From positions 34,407 to 98,406 of the forward strand of contig DJGG01000132.1 of assembly GCA_002432195.1 (NCBI GenBank): a DNA stretch of 64,000 nt, read 5' to 3'. How positions within the stretch are numbered: position 1 is the stretch's first letter; each line of letters opens with the position of its first letter. Shown here one piece after another: positions 31,292 through 40,971 of this stretch. The translations under genes and the position numbers were made by a program. The DNA is from Desulfobacteraceae bacterium UBA5852. GTDB lineage: Bacteria > Desulfobacterota > Desulfobacteria > Desulfobacterales > UBA5852. The notes under the pieces are model-generated. The model did no database searches. It had not been told where the DNA came from and saw only the letters and a program-made list of their open reading frames with translations.

Positions 31292-32434
31292 TTACGGGGC
31301 GGTGGTCACGGGCCGCTTGCAGGCGCAGTCGATGGCGTAGGTCGCCAGGTCCTTGCCGTTGTAGCTGACCTTCTTCATGCCCACGATGGTGTGGGTGGAG
31401 ATGACCAGCTGGTTGTCGTTGTCTCGGCCTTCCTCGTGCCAGCCGAACCGGAGGCCGGTCCCGGGGGAGCCGAAGGCGATCACGGTGGCCTGCTCGCCCA
31501 GAAGCAGGGAGCGGGCCGCGGCCACGTTGCCGCCCGCGCCGTAGTCGTTGAAGCGGATCACGTTGCGGTGCTCGTGGATGAGGACGTTGTTGTGCATCCC
31601 CTTGGCGCCCGTGAAGATCGGGCTCTTGCGGCCCAGGGCCTGGATGGCGGCCTTCTGGATGTCCATCCAGCCGTTCGTCCCTGTGGCAGTGCGCATGTCG
31701 TAGGTGGAGTAGGGATGCACCACCACAACGTAGTGCTCCTCGCCGTCCACCATAATCGGGAGCATGCCCGGGGTCTGGAGGTTTCCGTCCGTGCCGGCAT
31801 ACCCGCTGCCAGCATCCCCGCCCATGTCGGAAATGACGGCCACGGCCTTGTCGATCTCCCCGACCTCGAACTTGTTGGTATCGGCCAGGGTGGCCTTCTT
31901 GGTGCCGCCGGCGAACTGGATGTGCTCCGCATCGGGGGCCGTGAAGGCGTTGCCGGCAAAGCCCGTGTAGGTGAGCGGAAACAGGAAGCCGGTGTTGATG
32001 CCGCGGGCACCGGAGGCGTACATGAACCACAGCTCATCGAAAACCCGCGCCCAGTAGTCGCGCTGGAGCCGGCGGGCCCGGGCGCGCAGGGCATGGATCG
32101 TCCGCTTGCGGGTCATGCGGCCGCCGGTGTTGACGCCGGCCCGAAGCTGGTCGATGTAGAGACCGTCGGTGTAGAACTTCATGTCCTCCTCGAAGTTCTC
32201 CAACACCTGGTCGCCCTCGCGGGGCTGCATCGTCATCTGCATGAGCAGATCGAAGCTGATGTACTCGCCCGCGTCGCTTTCCAGCTCCTTCAGCATCTGG
32301 CAGGGCATGCTGGAATCCTGCCCCACGCCCATTAACCGGCTGGTGATGTAGGATTTCTTGGCCATGTCCACGGCCAGGAAGGCGGACTGCTTCTTGATGG
32401 CCTTGGGGTCGTTCACGCCGATGAGGGTGCGCAT
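31292..32434 (-). CDS. Major capsid protein, N4-gp56-like family
   Basis: 380 aa. N-terminal region AIKKQSAFLAVDMAKKSYITSRLMG...GEYISFDLLMQMTMQPREGDQVLENFEEDMKFYTDGLYIDQLRAGV resembles the N4-gp56 capsid family as I recall it. Follows the scaffold gene. Confidence 0.8.
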   Translation of the reverse strand: MRTLIGVNDPKAIKKQSAFLAVDMAKKSYITSRLMGVGQDSSMPCQMLKELESDAGEYISFDLLMQMTMQPREGDQVLENFEEDMKFYTDGLYIDQLRAGVNTGGRMTRKRTIHALRARARRLQRDYWARVFDELWFMYASGARGINTGFLFPLTYTGFAGNAFTAPDAEHIQFAGGTKKATLADTNKFEVGEIDKAVAVISDMGGDAGSGYAGTDGNLQTPGMLPIMVDGEEHYVVVVHPYSTYDMRTATGTNGWMDIQKAAIQALGRKSPIFTGAKGMHNNVLIHEHRNVIRFNDYGAGGNVAAARSLLLGEQATVIAFGSPGTGLRFGWHEEGRDNDNQLVISTHTIVGMKKVSYNGKDLATYAIDCACKRPVTTAP

Positions 32435-32607
32435 GGATGTGTTCCTTTCGTCGGATCAGTTGGAGTCGAGTGTCAGGCTCGTCAGGTCGCATCTGCTCCA
32501 TCCGTTCCAGCGTTGGCCCTTGCGCGGCTTCTTCGGCTATGGCGAACCGTCGGGTATGAGGACCCGGCCGTGTGGTGGGTGCTGGTGTGCTTCTTACTGC
32601 CGCCTCA

Positions 32608-33567
32608 CTATGAGGCGAGGTATCGCTCGACTGCTTCCGCGGGCATGCGGGCCAGGGCGGCCTCCAGGGCGTCGCCGTCCAGCTTGTCCAGGGAAGCGAA
32701 CAGGCCGGCGCTGTCGTCGTTGGTGCCGGCCGCGGGTAGATCTCCGATGTTCATGGCTGCCCGGCGGGCGTCTCCCTCGGCCCGCTGCTGCTTGGCCTGG
32801 CGGGCGAGCTCCTCCGCGCTGGGCTTGGGGGGCGTCGGCGTGCCGAAGGCCCCGCGAAGCTCCAGGACCACCTTGTAGGCCTCCTCCAGGAGCTGCCGGT
32901 CGGTGACCTTCGCGGCGTCGGGGTGCTCGATCAATTGGTTCACCCGGGTCACGAACAGGTCGTGAACCGCCGGGTTGGAAAGTTCCTTGTGGGCCCCCAG
33001 GAAAGCGCGCTGCTCGGCCTCCCACATGGCCGTTCGGTTGGCCTGGTTGGTCATCGACGCCATGCGGTTCTGCATTTCGGCGCCGTCCAGGGCCCGGACC
33101 TTGGCCATGTAGTCGTCGAAGGTGACTTCCCCGTCCTCGTACCGCTTGCGCTCCGCGGCGGCCTCGGTCTTCAGCTGCTCGATCTGCTGCGCCGGGATGA
33201 GGGGCAGCGGCTTGAAAACTGGGATCAGCGTCACGGGCGGCGGCTGGGGCGGCTCCACCGGAGGCGTATCTGCTGCCGGGGGCTGCTGGGCGGCCGCGGG
33301 AGGCGGCTGAGTAGCCGGCGGGTCGGCCGGGGGCTGCTGCGGGGGTGTTGCCGGCGGCTGGGCGGATGGCCCCGGGGCTGCCGGGGGCGGGTCCTCGGCC
33401 ACGGCGGCCGGGTCGTCCGGCTCGGCCATGGCGGCGGCCTCTTCCTCCCCCAGGAGGTCGTCCAGCTTCGGCGCGCTGCCCAGGCCTGCCAGCTGCCGCT
33501 CCAGGTCCTTCGGGTCGGGCGGCGGGTCGGCCGGGGGCGTCGTCTGGGTCTTGGCGGGCTCGGTCAT
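32608..33567 (-). CDS. Scaffolding protein candidate
   Basis: 319 aa. Pro/Ala-rich N-terminus followed by long helices, between portal and capsid genes. Function by position and composition. Confidence 0.6.
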   Translation of the reverse strand: MTEPAKTQTTPPADPPPDPKDLERQLAGLGSAPKLDDLLGEEEAAAMAEPDDPAAVAEDPPPAAPGPSAQPPATPPQQPPADPPATQPPPAAAQQPPAADTPPVEPPQPPPVTLIPVFKPLPLIPAQQIEQLKTEAAAERKRYEDGEVTFDDYMAKVRALDGAEMQNRMASMTNQANRTAMWEAEQRAFLGAHKELSNPAVHDLFVTRVNQLIEHPDAAKVTDRQLLEEAYKVVLELRGAFGTPTPPKPSAEELARQAKQQRAEGDARRAAMNIGDLPAAGTNDDSAGLFASLDKLDGDALEAALARMPAEAVERYLAS

Positions 33568-34193
33568 TTCTGCTCGCCCTCCTTCTCTTCGGGTTGCGGA
33601 GCCTCGGGCCGGGGCGAATCGGGCAGGGCCTGGACTTCCTCGCGCGTGCCGCCGTCCATCTTCAGGTCAAAGGTGATGGCCTCGCCCTGGTGGCTCTGGA
33701 TGTCGCCCAGCTTGTCGAGCAAGTTCTTGGCCTGCATGGCCTGAGCGGGCGTCATCCTGGGCTCGCTCTCGTCTTCCAGCATGCCGCCGGTGTCCTCGGC
33801 CTGCGGCGCCCCGGTGCAAGAGCCGATCACCTGGCCCACAGTGAGGCGGTCCAGTTCTTCCCCGAAATACGCCTTCAAGGATTCCTTAGCCGTGGCCATA
33901 TTGGCGGCCTTTGCTTCGCGGTACCTCTGAATTGGCTCCCGGGCGTACTCGATGGGCTTGGCCGAAACCAGGCGCCACTGGTTTCCGTAGTCGAAGGACT
34001 CCAGGGCCATGTCCGGCAGCACCACCAGGGCCTCGGACACGGCGGGCATGGCCCTCCGGTCGGTGTCCAGCTTCGTGCGGGACCGGCACAGGATCACGGC
34101 CGGCCCGGGGACCTCCATGGCCATCGTGTGGATGGTATCGCCGGCGCAAACCTCCATCCGATCGATCAGCTTCCAGCCTTGCGGCAGCTTCAT
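33564..34193 (-). CDS. Hypothetical head-module protein
   Basis: 209 aa. ATGA overlaps at both ends. No motif recognised. Confidence 0.6.
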   Translation of the reverse strand: MKLPQGWKLIDRMEVCAGDTIHTMAMEVPGPAVILCRSRTKLDTDRRAMPAVSEALVVLPDMALESFDYGNQWRLVSAKPIEYAREPIQRYREAKAANMATAKESLKAYFGEELDRLTVGQVIGSCTGAPQAEDTGGMLEDESEPRMTPAQAMQAKNLLDKLGDIQSHQGEAITFDLKMDGGTREEVQALPDSPRPEAPQPEEKEGEQK

Positions 34194-34372
34194 TGCTCTC
34201 TCCTTTCAACCCAGGTTAAAGTTGCGGGGGGCTTGCCACCCTTGCCTAAGCCGACCGACCACCGGCGGCGCCGTTGGCGGGCCTCGCCGGATTTCTGCCC
34301 CATGTCGAGGGCGGCTTTGAGTCGCGGACGATGGCCCCCCGGCACCGCCCGAAGGAGTGGGGCAGAAGTCAT
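34190..34372 (-). CDS. Small basic protein (translationally coupled)
   Basis: 60 aa. Its ATG overlaps the portal stop and its TGA overlaps the next ATG (ATGA at both ends). R/K/G-rich. Coding status is uncertain. Confidence 0.4.
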   Translation of the reverse strand: MTSAPLLRAVPGGHRPRLKAALDMGQKSGEARQRRRRWSVGLGKGGKPPATLTWVERREQ

Positions 34373-36654
34373 GCGGGCGCCTTGCCCCTGGCAGCCTTCA
34401 GAACCTCCTGCCGGCGCCGGTGAATCTCGTTGTCACGGTCCATGGCCTGCTTGTTCACGTTCAAACCGTGGGAGGCCGCTGCCTGGCCGGCGGCCAGGGT
34501 CGCCTGGCGGTTGTCGCGCTGCACCTGGTGCAGGGCCTGGCCGCGGGCGATGCGAACCTTCTCTTCGTTCTGGCCGATGTCGGCCAGGGCCTTCTGGGCG
34601 CGCGCCAGGATCTCCTCGATCTTGGCGCGCTTCTCGTCGTTGGCAAGCAGCGCCGCCTCGGCGGCCGCCTCCTGGATGATCCGCTCCATCTCGGCCTGCC
34701 AGGTCTCCTGCTCTTCCTGCTGCTTGCGCCTGGCCTGAACCTCGGGGTCGTTCATGTCCTCGTCGGGGTCCGGCTGGCCGTTGATCTGCCGGATGCGTTT
34801 CACCATCTCGTCCTTGCCGGGCATGTCGATGAGGTCGATCCAGAGGTCCATCAGCTGGAGCACGATGGTGGGATCCATGCGGGAGAACATTTCCCCCATG
34901 GTTTCAAACATGTGCTGCCGGATGGTGGCGTTCCAATCCTGGGTGTCGACCACGTAGTCGGCCTGGCTGGCCGTGATGTCGTTCAGGATCTCGCCGGTTT
35001 CCGGGACGGGCTTGTTGATCTCTTCGAACTCGAGCTTCCCCTTGTCCCCCACGAGCCGGATGATCTTCGGGCCGGTGTAGAACTGCTCGATGTTCGCAAG
35101 CTGGATCTCCCCGGCCAGCTGCTCGGAAAACTTCAGGTTGTCGAACAGCTCGAAGGTGACGGTGTGCCCCTGGTCCTGGCGGGCGCGGATGGCCCGGCCG
35201 CTGGTGGCGTTGGTCTCCCGGCCCATGTTTTCGTCGGTGACGCCCCCGGTCGCCTCAATGTACTGGGCGTCCTGGTTCATCAGCATGATGTGCTCTTCGG
35301 CCAGGGTTGTGTCGCTTTCGATGCGGACCTCTTTCCCGGGCACCTTCACCAGAAGGCAGTCGGGCCGCTGGGCCTCGGTGTGAAACCGCTGCCAATCGTT
35401 GTTGGGGGCGGCCCCCTCGTCGGCAATCACCCGGTTGGTGGAAAGGATGAACAGGGCCTTACTGCGGCGCTTGTTCAGGTCGTCCTGGGGGTCGCGGAGG
35501 TTGCGAATCACGCCGTAGGGCATGCCGTCGCGGTGGCGGCGGTAGCCCCAGATGGGCACGAAAGGAAAGCGGTTGTGCGCGTAAGGGCTGCGCTGGTCCA
35601 CCAGGATGGTGTTCTCGCAGTAGATCATGTGGCGGACCACCATCTTCACGGCGTCGTGCAGGGTGGCGTAGCCCTCGGCTACCATGGCCCGCATGTAGGG
35701 GTTAGCGGGGTCGTAGGTGGCGTTCTGCAGGGTGCCCATGCGGAAGCCGCGGGCGCCCCGGATCATCTGAATCCGCTCGGGGTGGCGATACCAGCACTCC
35801 ACCAGGCGCACGCGGTTCCTCACCCGGGGGTCGATGCCGGCAATCCCGGCCATGCCGGTCCCCACGTTCTCGTAGAGGGAGGCCTCCAGGTCGGGAACGT
35901 CGTCCTCGTCGGTGAAGTACTCGGACCAGTCGGAGTTGTTGGCCGCCTCCACCAGGTCGTGCTTCGCGCGGGGGAACATCGCCACGGCAATGTCCAGGTC
36001 CACCCACTTCTGCCGGAACAGGTACCGGGCGTCTGAAAGGTCTGCCATGACGGCCATGGAGTCGTGCCAGATGTTGCGCCAGTCCTCGTAGCGGTAGAAC
36101 AGCGGCTCGTCCTCGGGGTCGGATTTCACCCCGATTTCGATCCACCCCAAGCCGCTCTTCGCCGCGTCGGCGAAGGCCCGGCTGCGGTGGTGGCCCGTCT
36201 TGTTCACGTCGGAGACGTACTTGATCAGCTTCGTCTTGTGCTCCGCGCCCTTGGTGTCATCCTTGGTGCGGGGCAGAACCCGGTAGTCGATGCGGGTCCG
36301 GCGCTCGGTGCCGGTGATCCAGAGGATGGTGGGCTTGATCCGGTTGTAGACCCGGGCGCTCTGCCCTCGGGCCTCCACCACGGCGGCGTCCTCGGGGTCC
36401 CACTGGTCGCCGTCGTAGTAGTCGTGATCGAGCAGCCGATCGATCCGGTTTTCGTGCTGGAGTTCCTTCTCGGCCAGGAGCCAGGCGCGAACCCGGCGCA
36501 GCCGCAAGCGGTATTCCTCGGTGTCGTAGGGATCCTTGGGCCGGGCTGCGTTCGCGTCCTCCCCCAGCATCGCCAGCTCGTCGGCAATGGTAATCCCCAC
36601 GTCCTGCTTGCCGCGGCCGTGGACCGTGTAGTTGTCAAAGGCGCTCTGGCTCAT
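34369..36654 (-). CDS. Portal protein
   Basis: 761 aa, positioned between terminase and scaffold/capsid genes. N-region DHDYYDGDQWDPEDAAVVEARGQ and a long C-terminal charged helix, as in podovirus portals. Confidence 0.8.
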   Translation of the reverse strand: MSQSAFDNYTVHGRGKQDVGITIADELAMLGEDANAARPKDPYDTEEYRLRLRRVRAWLLAEKELQHENRIDRLLDHDYYDGDQWDPEDAAVVEARGQSARVYNRIKPTILWITGTERRTRIDYRVLPRTKDDTKGAEHKTKLIKYVSDVNKTGHHRSRAFADAAKSGLGWIEIGVKSDPEDEPLFYRYEDWRNIWHDSMAVMADLSDARYLFRQKWVDLDIAVAMFPRAKHDLVEAANNSDWSEYFTDEDDVPDLEASLYENVGTGMAGIAGIDPRVRNRVRLVECWYRHPERIQMIRGARGFRMGTLQNATYDPANPYMRAMVAEGYATLHDAVKMVVRHMIYCENTILVDQRSPYAHNRFPFVPIWGYRRHRDGMPYGVIRNLRDPQDDLNKRRSKALFILSTNRVIADEGAAPNNDWQRFHTEAQRPDCLLVKVPGKEVRIESDTTLAEEHIMLMNQDAQYIEATGGVTDENMGRETNATSGRAIRARQDQGHTVTFELFDNLKFSEQLAGEIQLANIEQFYTGPKIIRLVGDKGKLEFEEINKPVPETGEILNDITASQADYVVDTQDWNATIRQHMFETMGEMFSRMDPTIVLQLMDLWIDLIDMPGKDEMVKRIRQINGQPDPDEDMNDPEVQARRKQQEEQETWQAEMERIIQEAAAEAALLANDEKRAKIEEILARAQKALADIGQNEEKVRIARGQALHQVQRDNRQATLAAGQAAASHGLNVNKQAMDRDNEIHRRRQEVLKAARGKAPA

Positions 36655-36675
36655 GGGGCTTCCGCTCTCCGCTTC

Positions 36676-37143
36676 TCAGGTCAGGCCTCCCCGCCCGTCG
36701 TCCACCACATGCACGATGCCGGTAACGTCCACGTCCTCGGCCGGCACTTCGTGGTCGTAGAGCGGCCGGACGTGGCGCTTGCCGCTGGCGTCGGTGAAGC
36801 CCAGCTCTCCGATCTGCAGGCTCACCGGGTCCGCCTTGGGCCGCATGAGCATGGCGTCCTGGATGCCGTTCTCGATCTCCATGGCGATGGCCACCATCTT
36901 CTCCTTGGTCACCACCCCGCCGATGTTGAAGAGCTGGTAGACCACCTCGGCAATGCGGGCGATGTTCAGGCCGTGGAGGGGGTTGTGCTCCCGGGAGTAG
37001 AGCCAGAAATGCCGCTCGGGGATGGACACCTTCCGGCACTTGAGCATCCGCTGGACGTTGGGCACGAGCACAACCTCCAGCTCGTCGCCGTTCCATTGGG
37101 GCACGGCCTTGATGGGCTTTTCGCGGAAAGCCAGGGCGGTCAT
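36676..37143 (-). CDS. Hypothetical protein
   Basis: 155 aa, GC3-rich frame, between terminase and portal. Confidence 0.6.
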   Translation of the reverse strand: MTALAFREKPIKAVPQWNGDELEVVLVPNVQRMLKCRKVSIPERHFWLYSREHNPLHGLNIARIAEVVYQLFNIGGVVTKEKMVAIAMEIENGIQDAMLMRPKADPVSLQIGELGFTDASGKRHVRPLYDHEVPAEDVDVTGIVHVVDDGRGGLT

Positions 37144-37430
37144 GGGTTCGCTTGCTCCTTGGTCGGCTTGGGTTTGCAGAAGACCCCCGCCCGCAGCAGG
37201 ACGGCCTCGGCCAGCTGGTGCAGGCGCATGGCTATGGCAATGGCGTTTTCGTCGTCCCCGAAGGCGGCCCGGACGGTGAACTTCGGCGGGCTGCCCAGGA
37301 GGTCGATGAAGACGGTCACGGCGAGCTCAGTCCGCCGGGCCTCATCGTCGCGGCGAAGCGCCAAGCGGGTGATGAAGACCGGGGTTTCGGTCGTGTTCTG
37401 CTTCGGGATGATCTGGGCGGTCGACTTCAT
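37140..37430 (-). CDS. Hypothetical protein
   Basis: Internal ATG 37430 (MKSTAQIIPK) overlaps the TerL stop (ATGA). 96 aa. The upstream part of the listed 170-aa ORF is R/P-rich shadow. Confidence 0.55.
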   Translation of the reverse strand: MKSTAQIIPKQNTTETPVFITRLALRRDDEARRTELAVTVFIDLLGSPPKFTVRAAFGDDENAIAIAMRLHQLAEAVLLRAGVFCKPKPTKEQANP

Positions 37431-39028
37431 GAGGCTTGCGCTCCCCTTCTCCCCCGGCGCAGCCAGTCGCGGCCGGCGGGGTTGCGGCCGGGGTCCGGCA
37501 CGCCTTCGATGAAGTGGAAGCCGGTGGCGAGGGTCCGCAGGGCGTCGGCCGGGTGGGATGCCCAGTTGTGAACCGGTCGGTCGTGGTAGTCGCCGGTCAC
37601 CTCGTTCCAGGCCTTGCAGTAGTGGTCCAAGGCGTCGATCAGGTAGGCGCACTTCGTTTTGCAGATGCGGAGGGTGGGCATCATCATTCGCACGGAGTTG
37701 ATGCCCTCATTGATGCCGATATTGGCGGCCACGGCATGGACCCGCTGGCCGGGCAGGAGTTCCCGCAGGCGGTCCACCGCGCTCTGGCCGGTGATGATCT
37801 TGTGCGCGGAGTCGCCCTCCCAGGGCAGGATGTGCTCCCCGTAAACGTACCCCTTGTCCTGCATGACCTTGGCGTAGTGGGAGAGGTCCTCGCCGCTGTT
37901 GTAATAGAAGTCCACCAGGCGGTTCTCCCCGTGGAGGCGCTGGTGGAAGATGATGCAGTTGGTGTCCGAGTGGCCGATGTCCCAGGCGGTGTTGACCGGC
38001 AGCGTAGGGATGTGTGGCAACAGGTCCACAACCTGGCCCATCTGCCGCATGCGGGCCATCTGAAGCGCGTAGTAGGAGCCCTTTACGGTCGCGTTGAAGG
38101 CCTCTTCCGGAGTGCCCGGGTACTCTCGGAACATCGTGTCCCAGCCCAGGAGAAGCACTTTCTTGGTGTACCAGGCGATTTGGCCGTCAGTGAGCTTGAC
38201 GCCGGTAGCGGCCTGGAACTTGTCCAGGTGGGCCCGGACCTCGGTGGGCACCACCACCCCGTGGGGATGAATGGAGTAAGTCGGGTTCTCGTGCCAGGGG
38301 AAGAAGTGGAACTTGAAGTCGAGGGGGCTCAAGACCGCGCCCTCCTTGGCCAGACCTTCGGCCTTCCGGCACCAGTCGTGGAAATCCCCCTGGCGGCCCT
38401 CGGCGGTGGACTCCACCACCACAATCTGGCCGACGTGGATGGCGTTGAGGGTGCCAGCTTTGACCTCCTCGGCTTTCCCCGGGTACTTCTTGCAGATCTT
38501 GGCGTGCTCGCTGATGTGCAGCCGCTGGACCGTGCCTGACCGGAGCGACGTGGCCACATAGATCGTGGAGTTGTTGCTGAAGACGAGCTCGGCCTTGCTG
38601 TTGGTGAGCAGGGGCCGCTGGCGGCGCAGCCAGGCAGGCAGGTTGTCGTAGGGGTACTTGACCTTGCGCCGGAAGATCTTGGCGGCGTCGTCCCGGTGGT
38701 GGGCCACGATGCCGGCCTCAATGTCGGGGATGAACAGACAGTCGTCGAGGAAGTACAGGTCAACGAACGTGGTGATGCCGTGCTGGCGGGCCTTGAGCAC
38801 GATGTTGAGATGCCACAGGGCGTCATAGAGTTTTTCCTGGTCCCCGTTCGGCCGGAACTTCACCCGCCGGCCCTGCTCGTCGATGATCCAGTACAGGTTG
38901 TTGAGGCGCCACCACTTGTTGCTGAAGCACTCCACCAGGCGAAGCGGCACCAAAACGACGCTTTCGCCAGCAATCACCAGCTCGGTGGCCTCTTCCGCGG
39001 ACCGCTGCTCAGTCCTGGTCGCCAGCAT
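37427..39028 (-). CDS. terL: Terminase large subunit
   Basis: 533 aa. ATPase region NIVLKARQHGITTF (Walker A-like). C-terminal nuclease-size domain. Directly follows the small subunit. Confidence 0.85.
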   Translation of the reverse strand: MLATRTEQRSAEEATELVIAGESVVLVPLRLVECFSNKWWRLNNLYWIIDEQGRRVKFRPNGDQEKLYDALWHLNIVLKARQHGITTFVDLYFLDDCLFIPDIEAGIVAHHRDDAAKIFRRKVKYPYDNLPAWLRRQRPLLTNSKAELVFSNNSTIYVATSLRSGTVQRLHISEHAKICKKYPGKAEEVKAGTLNAIHVGQIVVVESTAEGRQGDFHDWCRKAEGLAKEGAVLSPLDFKFHFFPWHENPTYSIHPHGVVVPTEVRAHLDKFQAATGVKLTDGQIAWYTKKVLLLGWDTMFREYPGTPEEAFNATVKGSYYALQMARMRQMGQVVDLLPHIPTLPVNTAWDIGHSDTNCIIFHQRLHGENRLVDFYYNSGEDLSHYAKVMQDKGYVYGEHILPWEGDSAHKIITGQSAVDRLRELLPGQRVHAVAANIGINEGINSVRMMMPTLRICKTKCAYLIDALDHYCKAWNEVTGDYHDRPVHNWASHPADALRTLATGFHFIEGVPDPGRNPAGRDWLRRGRRGAQAS

Positions 39029-39596
39029 CGACGGCTTCCAGCAGCTCCCGGCCCGCGTCCGGATCCAGCTTCGTCTGGGTCAGGTTCGGCAGCCCGGGCT
39101 TGTGGTTGGCGAACACCTCGGCCATGAGGGCCGCGGCCAACTTGTCCACCCCGACCTGGATGTTGATGGGCCCGCCCCCGGGGCCTGAAAGCTCTTTGCG
39201 GTCCACCAGGGCGCCCTTGAGCTTGAGCCCCAACTCGGCAAAGCCTTTGCGCACGCGGTGGTCGGGGTAGCTCTTTACGTCGGTGATCAGGCCGTTGCTG
39301 GTCGCGTGGTAATGGAACTCGGCGTCGAGGCCTTCGACCAGCTTCCGCTTGAGGCGCGCCTCGGAGAGCCCCACCTCGTCCATCCACTCGTTAATGAGCG
39401 GCTCCAGCTTCTTCAGGTTTTCATGGCCCATCTGCTGGAGCGCATGCTCGGGGTCCTTGGCGCCCTTCCTCGCCGCATAGCCCGCCGCCCGCGCCGCGCC
39501 GGTGGCGTTCATGAAGGTGGCCGGGTTGCTCTCGTCCAGGTAGGCCCGCAGCCATGCGGCCTGCTTGCCCACCAGGCGTCGGCGCTTGGTGGCCAT
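39009..39596 (-). CDS. terS: Terminase small subunit
   Basis: 195 aa. N-terminal HTH-like NATGAARAAGYAARKGAKDPEHALQQMGHENLKK, typical of phage small terminase subunits. Immediately upstream of terL. Confidence 0.7.
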   Translation of the reverse strand: MATKRRRLVGKQAAWLRAYLDESNPATFMNATGAARAAGYAARKGAKDPEHALQQMGHENLKKLEPLINEWMDEVGLSEARLKRKLVEGLDAEFHYHATSNGLITDVKSYPDHRVRKGFAELGLKLKGALVDRKELSGPGGGPINIQVGVDKLAAALMAEVFANHKPGLPNLTQTKLDPDAGRELLEAVDAGDQD

Positions 39597-39814
39597 CAGT
39601 CGTTGATCTCCGTGGTCTTGCCGTGGTGGGGCTTGTCCCAGGGATCCTCGGCGGCCTGGCGCAGCTGCGCGTTGCGATTGCCGACGCTGTGAAGCGGGGA
39701 GCCAGGGGTGGTCTGGCGGCCGGCCTCCCCCTGGGGGATGTTCGGATTGCGAGAGACGGGTTTCGGCTTGTCGTTCGGGTCGCGGGGCTCCAGTTCGGGC
39801 ATTTTCCCCCTCAT
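39596..39814 (-). CDS. Small disordered protein, first ORF of late operon
   Basis: ATG 39814 with AGGAG 10 nt upstream. Its stop overlaps the terS ATG (ATGA). 72 aa, P/N/K-rich. Confidence 0.4.
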   Translation of the reverse strand: MRGKMPELEPRDPNDKPKPVSRNPNIPQGEAGRQTTPGSPLHSVGNRNAQLRQAAEDPWDKPHHGKTTEIND

Positions 39815-39825
39815 AGTGCGGAATC

Positions 39826-39875
39826 TCCTTTCCGGAAAAGGAAAGCGGGGCCGGGGCATGTGCCCAAGCCCCGCT
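39826..39875 (-). terminator. Hairpin plus T-rich tract upstream of the late operon (antitermination target candidate)
   Basis: On the minus strand AGCGGGGC-TTGGGCACATGCCCCG-GCCCCGCT (39875 to 39844), with inner GGGCA/TGCCC pairing, followed by TTCCTTTTCC. Located just 5' of the first late ORF. Confidence 0.4.
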
Positions 39876-40043
39876 TAACCAGGGAGCGGTTTGCCGTCAG
39901 AGAGCCGTGGCGGTGGCGGAAGCAGTTGGCAAACCATGACGAGTTGATGGCAAGCCAACAGTTGAATTTGGCCTTGTCAAGCACATTTTTTGATCTAAAT
40001 CACCAAGGCCTTTTGGCACTTAACACAAGGCAGGAGAAACATC

Positions 40044-40072
40044 TTGACAGCAGATGGCCGGAATGAGAGATT
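40044..40072 (+). promoter_or_regulatory. Candidate promoter of the R-M island
   Basis: TTGACA (40044-40049), 17-nt spacer, GAGATT (40067-40072, weak -10), about 65 nt upstream of the RHH gene. Confidence 0.3.
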
Positions 40073-40138
40073 CATTGTGGTGAAGTGTGATGCAGATTAA
40101 TGCAAATCGATGAAGCATAATGACGAGGGCAATTCGCC

Positions 40139-40315
40139 ATGGGCAAGCGTCGTATTACCATCAGCTTGGACCCCGAAGCCTACAGCGCCCTCTCCACCGT
40201 GGCCGAGGTAACCGACCGTTCCCTGAGCTGGCTTGCCTCCCAGGCAATCAAGGAATTCCTTGAGCGGCAGGACGCGCTCAAGCAGAAGCCGATTGAATTT
40301 AGCTGGCGGCAATAG
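40139..40315 (+). CDS. Ribbon-helix-helix (CopG-like) regulator
   Basis: 58-aa ORF below the track cutoff: MGKRRITISLDPEAYSALSTVAEVTDRSLSWLASQAIKEFLERQ. This is the classic RHH beta-strand plus two-helix pattern. The listed antisense ORFs here are rejected. Confidence 0.65.
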   Translation: MGKRRITISLDPEAYSALSTVAEVTDRSLSWLASQAIKEFLERQDALKQKPIEFSWRQ

Positions 40316-40528
40316 ATATTCGGCGACCCGACCCACCTCAAACGACAAAATCGACAAATCGAGTCAAGAGTTCGGTGATAGGCCATGATGCGTGCTATGG
40401 ACTGGACGTTGTCCAATCCAAGTGAATTTCGGCCTTTACATGCGGAACACGATTTCTCATTCGCTGACCAAAGAGGTAGGAAACCATACCCGTATACAAT
40501 TCAATCGATGACATCCCGGGATCCAGCA

Positions 40529-40969
40529 ATGGTGGATGTGTACTCCTCGGAAAAACGAAGCCAAGTCATGAGCCGCGTCATTGGGCGAGATACCAAGCCT
40601 GAGAAGCGTGTACGATCAGCCCTCCATCGGGCCGGATACAGATTTAGACTGCACAGGGGGGATTTGCCGGGGAAACCTGATATTGTGCTCGCCCGATATT
40701 GCACGGTCATTTTCGTCAACGGATGTTTCTGGCATCAACATCCCGGTTGCTCAAAGGCGACAATTCCGCAAAACAATAGACAGTTTTGGGAAAGAAAACT
40801 GAGTCGCACAGTGGAAAGGGATGAGCAAAACAGATCGGACTTGAGGCGTCTGGGATGGAACGTAATGACTATCTGGGAATGCGAAATGCGTAAGTCATTC
40901 GATATGACCATAAAACGTGTCGTGGAAAATTTAATATATATTGATCAAAAGAGCGTCAAAAGAGGATAA
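40529..40969 (+). CDS. vsr: Very-short-patch repair endonuclease
   Basis: SRVIGRDTKPEKRVRSALHRAGYRFRLHRGDLPGKPDIVLARYCTVIFVNGCFWHQH...NRQFWERKL...GWNVMTIWECE matches Vsr end to end. The start is uncertain (ATG 40529 chosen; the ORF is open from 40385). Confidence 0.85.
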   Translation: MVDVYSSEKRSQVMSRVIGRDTKPEKRVRSALHRAGYRFRLHRGDLPGKPDIVLARYCTVIFVNGCFWHQHPGCSKATIPQNNRQFWERKLSRTVERDEQNRSDLRRLGWNVMTIWECEMRKSFDMTIKRVVENLIYIDQKSVKRG

Positions 40970-40971
40970 GT

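Noticed and set aside
40097-40416. Two minus-strand ORFs (86 and 78 aa) upstream of vsr.
   Set aside because: They are antisense to a 58-aa plus-strand ORF with a textbook ribbon-helix-helix sequence and the same orientation as the operon.
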